This document shows, in pieces, positions 61,320-64,000 of a stretch of 64,000 bases of DNA (positions are counted from its first letter, which is position 1; the number at the start of each line of letters is the position of its first letter). The position numbers and the translations under genes are program-made. This stretch comes from Omnitrophica bacterium GWA2_41_15 (GTDB taxonomy: Bacteria > Omnitrophota > Gorgyraeia > Gygaellales > Profunditerraquicolaceae), in NCBI GenBank assembly GCA_919901915.1, contig CAKKQB010000028.1, positions 38,499 to 102,498 on the forward strand, read 5' to 3'. Under the pieces are notes generated by a model. It was given only the letters and a program-made list of their open reading frames with translations. It was not told where the DNA came from and searched no databases.

Positions 61320-61840
61320 CTTGTTATTTTTATAATTTTTTCTACAACTTTTCCCACAGAAAGCTTTGATGTATCAATGGCCTCATCCGCCAAGGCATAA
61401 TAAGGAGCGCGAAGCTTAAGTAGAGACGCTATCCGCTCTTTAGGGTCAAGAACATTTAAAAGAGGCCTGCGCGTAGTGCCGGATATCCTTTTTAATATCA
61501 CTTCTATAGCCGCGCTAAGACAAATTATAATTCCTGTTTTTTTCATTATTTTTATATTTTGCGGATTCATAACAATCCCGCCGCCGCAAGAAACCACAAA
61601 ATTTTTTTCTTTAGAAACCTCGCTTAAAACTTTTTTCTCTATCTTACGAAAATAAGGCTCGCCATTTTTAGCAAAAATTTCAGAGATAATTCTTTTTTCT
61701 TTAAGTTCAATTAAATCGTCCAAGTCCGCGAACTGCCATTTCTTTCTCTTGGCCAACTCTTTGCCAACCACGGTTTTTCCCGTTCCCATAAAACCAACGA
61801 GATAAATATTATTCATAGAAATATACTGTAGGGACAGCAC
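61316..61840 (-). CDS. aroK: Shikimate kinase
   Basis: Walker A GFMGTGKT at the N-terminus; 174 aa. Adjacent to aroC. Confidence 0.8.
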   Translation of the reverse strand: MLSLQYISMNNIYLVGFMGTGKTVVGKELAKRKKWQFADLDDLIELKEKRIISEIFAKNGEPYFRKIEKKVLSEVSKEKNFVVSCGGGIVMNPQNIKIMKKTGIIICLSAAIEVILKRISGTTRRPLLNVLDPKERIASLLKLRAPYYALADEAIDTSKLSVGKVVEKIIKITR

Positions 61841-61871
61841 AATGTGCTGTCCCTACTTAATGTAAATCGTT

Positions 61872-62138
61872 TTACCCTTCCTTGTAAGTTGCCAAAACTA
61901 AGTCGTTAATTTCTTTCTGGATCTCCTTTGTGGCGGACTCAACAGTATTGTACCATTTACCGTCTTTTCCTTGGTGCTGCGGCATACCCACGAATAAACC
62001 ATTGATTCCATCAACAACGCGCAGGCCCTTTACTATTACACCACCGAAAGAAACATCCACAAAAGCCTTTAACTTTGAATCTCCGTCAACCTTGTAAATA
62101 CGGCTGACCTGAACTGTGTTATTTTCCATCTCAATCAC
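61872..62138 (-). CDS. spoVG: SpoVG family protein
   Basis: LKAFVDVSFGGVIVKGLRVVDGINGLFVGMP matches the SpoVG consensus; 88 aa. Confidence 0.7.
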   Translation of the reverse strand: MIEMENNTVQVSRIYKVDGDSKLKAFVDVSFGGVIVKGLRVVDGINGLFVGMPQHQGKDGKWYNTVESATKEIQKEINDLVLATYKEG

Positions 62139-62269
62139 CCCCTTTCTACTATAATAGACGTAAAAGGGGTGATTTTCTCACATAAATATTTTTATACATT
62201 CGCGGCCAGAATAATGGCCGCTCAGTATTTCGCTCTAAGAAACCGCCCCGCCTCCGGCAGGGCAGAGCT

Positions 62270-63313
62270 TCATTTTCTTATCCTTAATAGATAATTTTGG
62301 TATGTCTTTTTTATATCTGAAATATTGTCAGCGCCAAATTTTTCTAAAAACGCGTCCGCCAAAGCATAAGCGCAGACAGATTCCGCGATTACCCCAGCGG
62401 CAGTAACCACGCAAATATCTGAACGCTCAACACTTGCTTTGGATGATTTCTTAGTCGTAATATTTACCGAATCTAAAGGATTCATCAATGTGCAAATCGG
62501 CTTCATACAAGCGCGAAGGACAATACTTTCACCGTTAGAAGTCCCGCCTTCAATACCTCCGGCATTATTGGTTTTGCGAAAATACCCCTTAGCCTTATTA
62601 TAATAAATCGCGTCATGAACCTCTGAACCAGACCTATCCGCGTAACCAAAACCCAAACCAATCTCTACTGCCTTTATTCCGGGGATCGACATTACAGCCA
62701 TAGCAAGCCTTGCGTCTAAACGCCTGTCCGGCTGGACATAGCTTCCTAAACCCACAGGAACATTTTTTGCCGTTACTTCAAATATCCCTCCCACAGTATC
62801 TTTATTGCTTATAGCTTTTAAAATTTTTTCCTTCATTCCTTCTTCGGTATTCTCTCCATTGATAGATAAAACCTTGCTGGAAATTTCTACCCCAAAGACA
62901 TCCAGAAATATTTTACATACCGCGCCAACCCCAACAGTTGCCGCGGTATTTCTGGCTGAAGCTCGCTCCAAAACTTCCCTTATGTCAGTAAACCCATATT
63001 TTAACAATCCGGCTAAATCCGCGTGTCCCGGCCTGGGGCACAACACCTCTTTTAATTTCTCAATACTAAAATCCTTGTTTTCAATCAACAAGGTAATCGG
63101 GCTAGCCAAAGTAACATTTCCTTTAAGCCCGGAAAGTATCCGGACATTATCTTTCTCAATCTCCATACGCTTACCACGGCCAAAACCAGATTGACGGCGC
63201 TTCAATTCTTCATCTATACTGGCAGTCTCCACCCTAAGACCTGCTGGCATACCCTCCAAAATTGCAATTATTGCTCTTCCGTGCGATTCACCCGCGGTTA
63301 GATAACGTAACAT
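62270..63313 (-). CDS. aroC: Chorismate synthase. The ORF-track start at 63361 is extended through a repeat.
   Basis: MLRYLTAGESHG start and the full AroC fold. The upstream 16 codons (MRNTQYAIRNTQ) translate the gcgtatt heptamer hairpin. Confidence 0.9.
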   Translation of the reverse strand: MLRYLTAGESHGRAIIAILEGMPAGLRVETASIDEELKRRQSGFGRGKRMEIEKDNVRILSGLKGNVTLASPITLLIENKDFSIEKLKEVLCPRPGHADLAGLLKYGFTDIREVLERASARNTAATVGVGAVCKIFLDVFGVEISSKVLSINGENTEEGMKEKILKAISNKDTVGGIFEVTAKNVPVGLGSYVQPDRRLDARLAMAVMSIPGIKAVEIGLGFGYADRSGSEVHDAIYYNKAKGYFRKTNNAGGIEGGTSNGESIVLRACMKPICTLMNPLDSVNITTKKSSKASVERSDICVVTAAGVIAESVCAYALADAFLEKFGADNISDIKKTYQNYLLRIRK

Positions 63314-63402
63314 TACAGCCTCCTTTTGCGTATTGCGTATTGCGTATTGCGTATTGCGCAATACGCATCACGCACGACGCACGACGAAATATGCGCGACG
63401 AA

Positions 63403-63957
63403 TCATTTCCACAATCCTCTTCTATTTTCCCGCGCTTCCCGGTATAATTTTAAGAATAAGTCCGCGTATTGAACATTTGGCGCGATAGTCATTAAAGAAG
63501 CATACCCCTGCGTTACAATTTCAGCATTTACAAACATACCATCTTCTAAATAAACGTAAGCTAGAAGCCTGCTATACTTATCACGCTTAGTTACATCAAA
63601 CTCTAAACGGACGCGTTTTCCCTCTACTAGATTCTTGGTAAATTCGTACGCCTGTCTTCCTAATTCCTGAATCGTTTTTACATCTTGGCCTGAACGCTGG
63701 CTATCGCGATATAATTTCGCGCTTTCATGCATTTCAGGCGTATCAATTCCGATGAGCCGGACCCTCTCTCCATTCTCAAGCACTAAAGTATCTCCATCAA
63801 CAGCCCTTTTCACAAAAATATCCGAATAATCATAATCCTTTCCAAACGGAATACTAATTCTCCCTTTTTTAGAGTGATCCGCACCGGATTCTCCATTACA
63901 AGAAATCAAAAAAATAAGGCTTGCTGACAAAAAAATCAATTTTAGCGCATTTTTCAT
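63403..63957 (-). CDS. Staphylococcal-nuclease-like (SNase/thermonuclease) exported lipoprotein
   Basis: Signal peptide plus lipobox LISC. SNase-fold motifs DGDT..L.......RLIGIDTPE and the later R/E residues. Confidence 0.7.
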   Translation of the reverse strand: MKNALKLIFLSASLIFLISCNGESGADHSKKGRISIPFGKDYDYSDIFVKRAVDGDTLVLENGERVRLIGIDTPEMHESAKLYRDSQRSGQDVKTIQELGRQAYEFTKNLVEGKRVRLEFDVTKRDKYSRLLAYVYLEDGMFVNAEIVTQGYASLMTIAPNVQYADLFLKLYREARENRRGLWK

Positions 63958-64000
63958 TTTATTATGCTCCTTTCAACGTCATTTGGCAGGGACAGCACAA

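Overview
This window is a gene-dense, almost entirely minus-strand stretch of a Gram-negative bacterial chromosome; the phylum cannot be told from the sequence alone.

The first 39 kb carry housekeeping and envelope genes: ruvB (partial), scpA, trpS, infB, nusA, rimP, proS, ispG, rseP, dxr, cdsA, uppS, purA, serA with a class-V aminotransferase, clpP and tig.

From about 33.5 to 56.8 kb a large LPS/lipid-A cluster follows: lptB, an OstA-like lptA/C gene, kdsC, kdsD, kdsA, kdsB, a heptose kinase, several GT9 heptosyltransferases including fused forms, GT4, an lpxL-like acyltransferase, lpxK and waaA. The 3' end (56.8-64 kb) holds xerC/D, topA, dprA, aroK, spoVG, aroC and an SNase-like nuclease.

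Two features stand out.

(1) The window is full of short palindromic repeat families. One family consists of hairpins built from tandem heptamers such as gcggata, gcgtatt, ccggtta and cgtatct. Another is the 'gtcattcc..ggaatgac' family. There are also GC-rich 'gggcgggcaagcccgcc' hairpins and several MITE-like composites. Many copies are inserted in frame inside conserved genes (ispG twice, lpxK twice, waaA, GT4, GT9, the lpxL-like gene, both SBBP paralogs), which resembles Rickettsia RPE elements. Other copies create false N-terminal extensions on ORFs.

(2) A roughly 5 kb plus-strand island at 50.1-55.2 kb interrupts the LPS cluster. It carries a large secreted protein whose signal peptide is separated from its body by a +1 frameshift at a C6 tract, a J-domain protein, a ChaN/Tiki-family gene broken by an in-frame TAG, a small unknown ORF, and a HepT/MntA toxin-antitoxin pair with an (AG)8(AT)6 repeat inside hepT.

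Also notable are a trigger factor lacking its PPIase domain, with a DUF4160/DUF2442 pair and an SBBP beta-propeller paralog inserted between tig and clpP. I could not verify any tRNA, rRNA or CRISPR feature.
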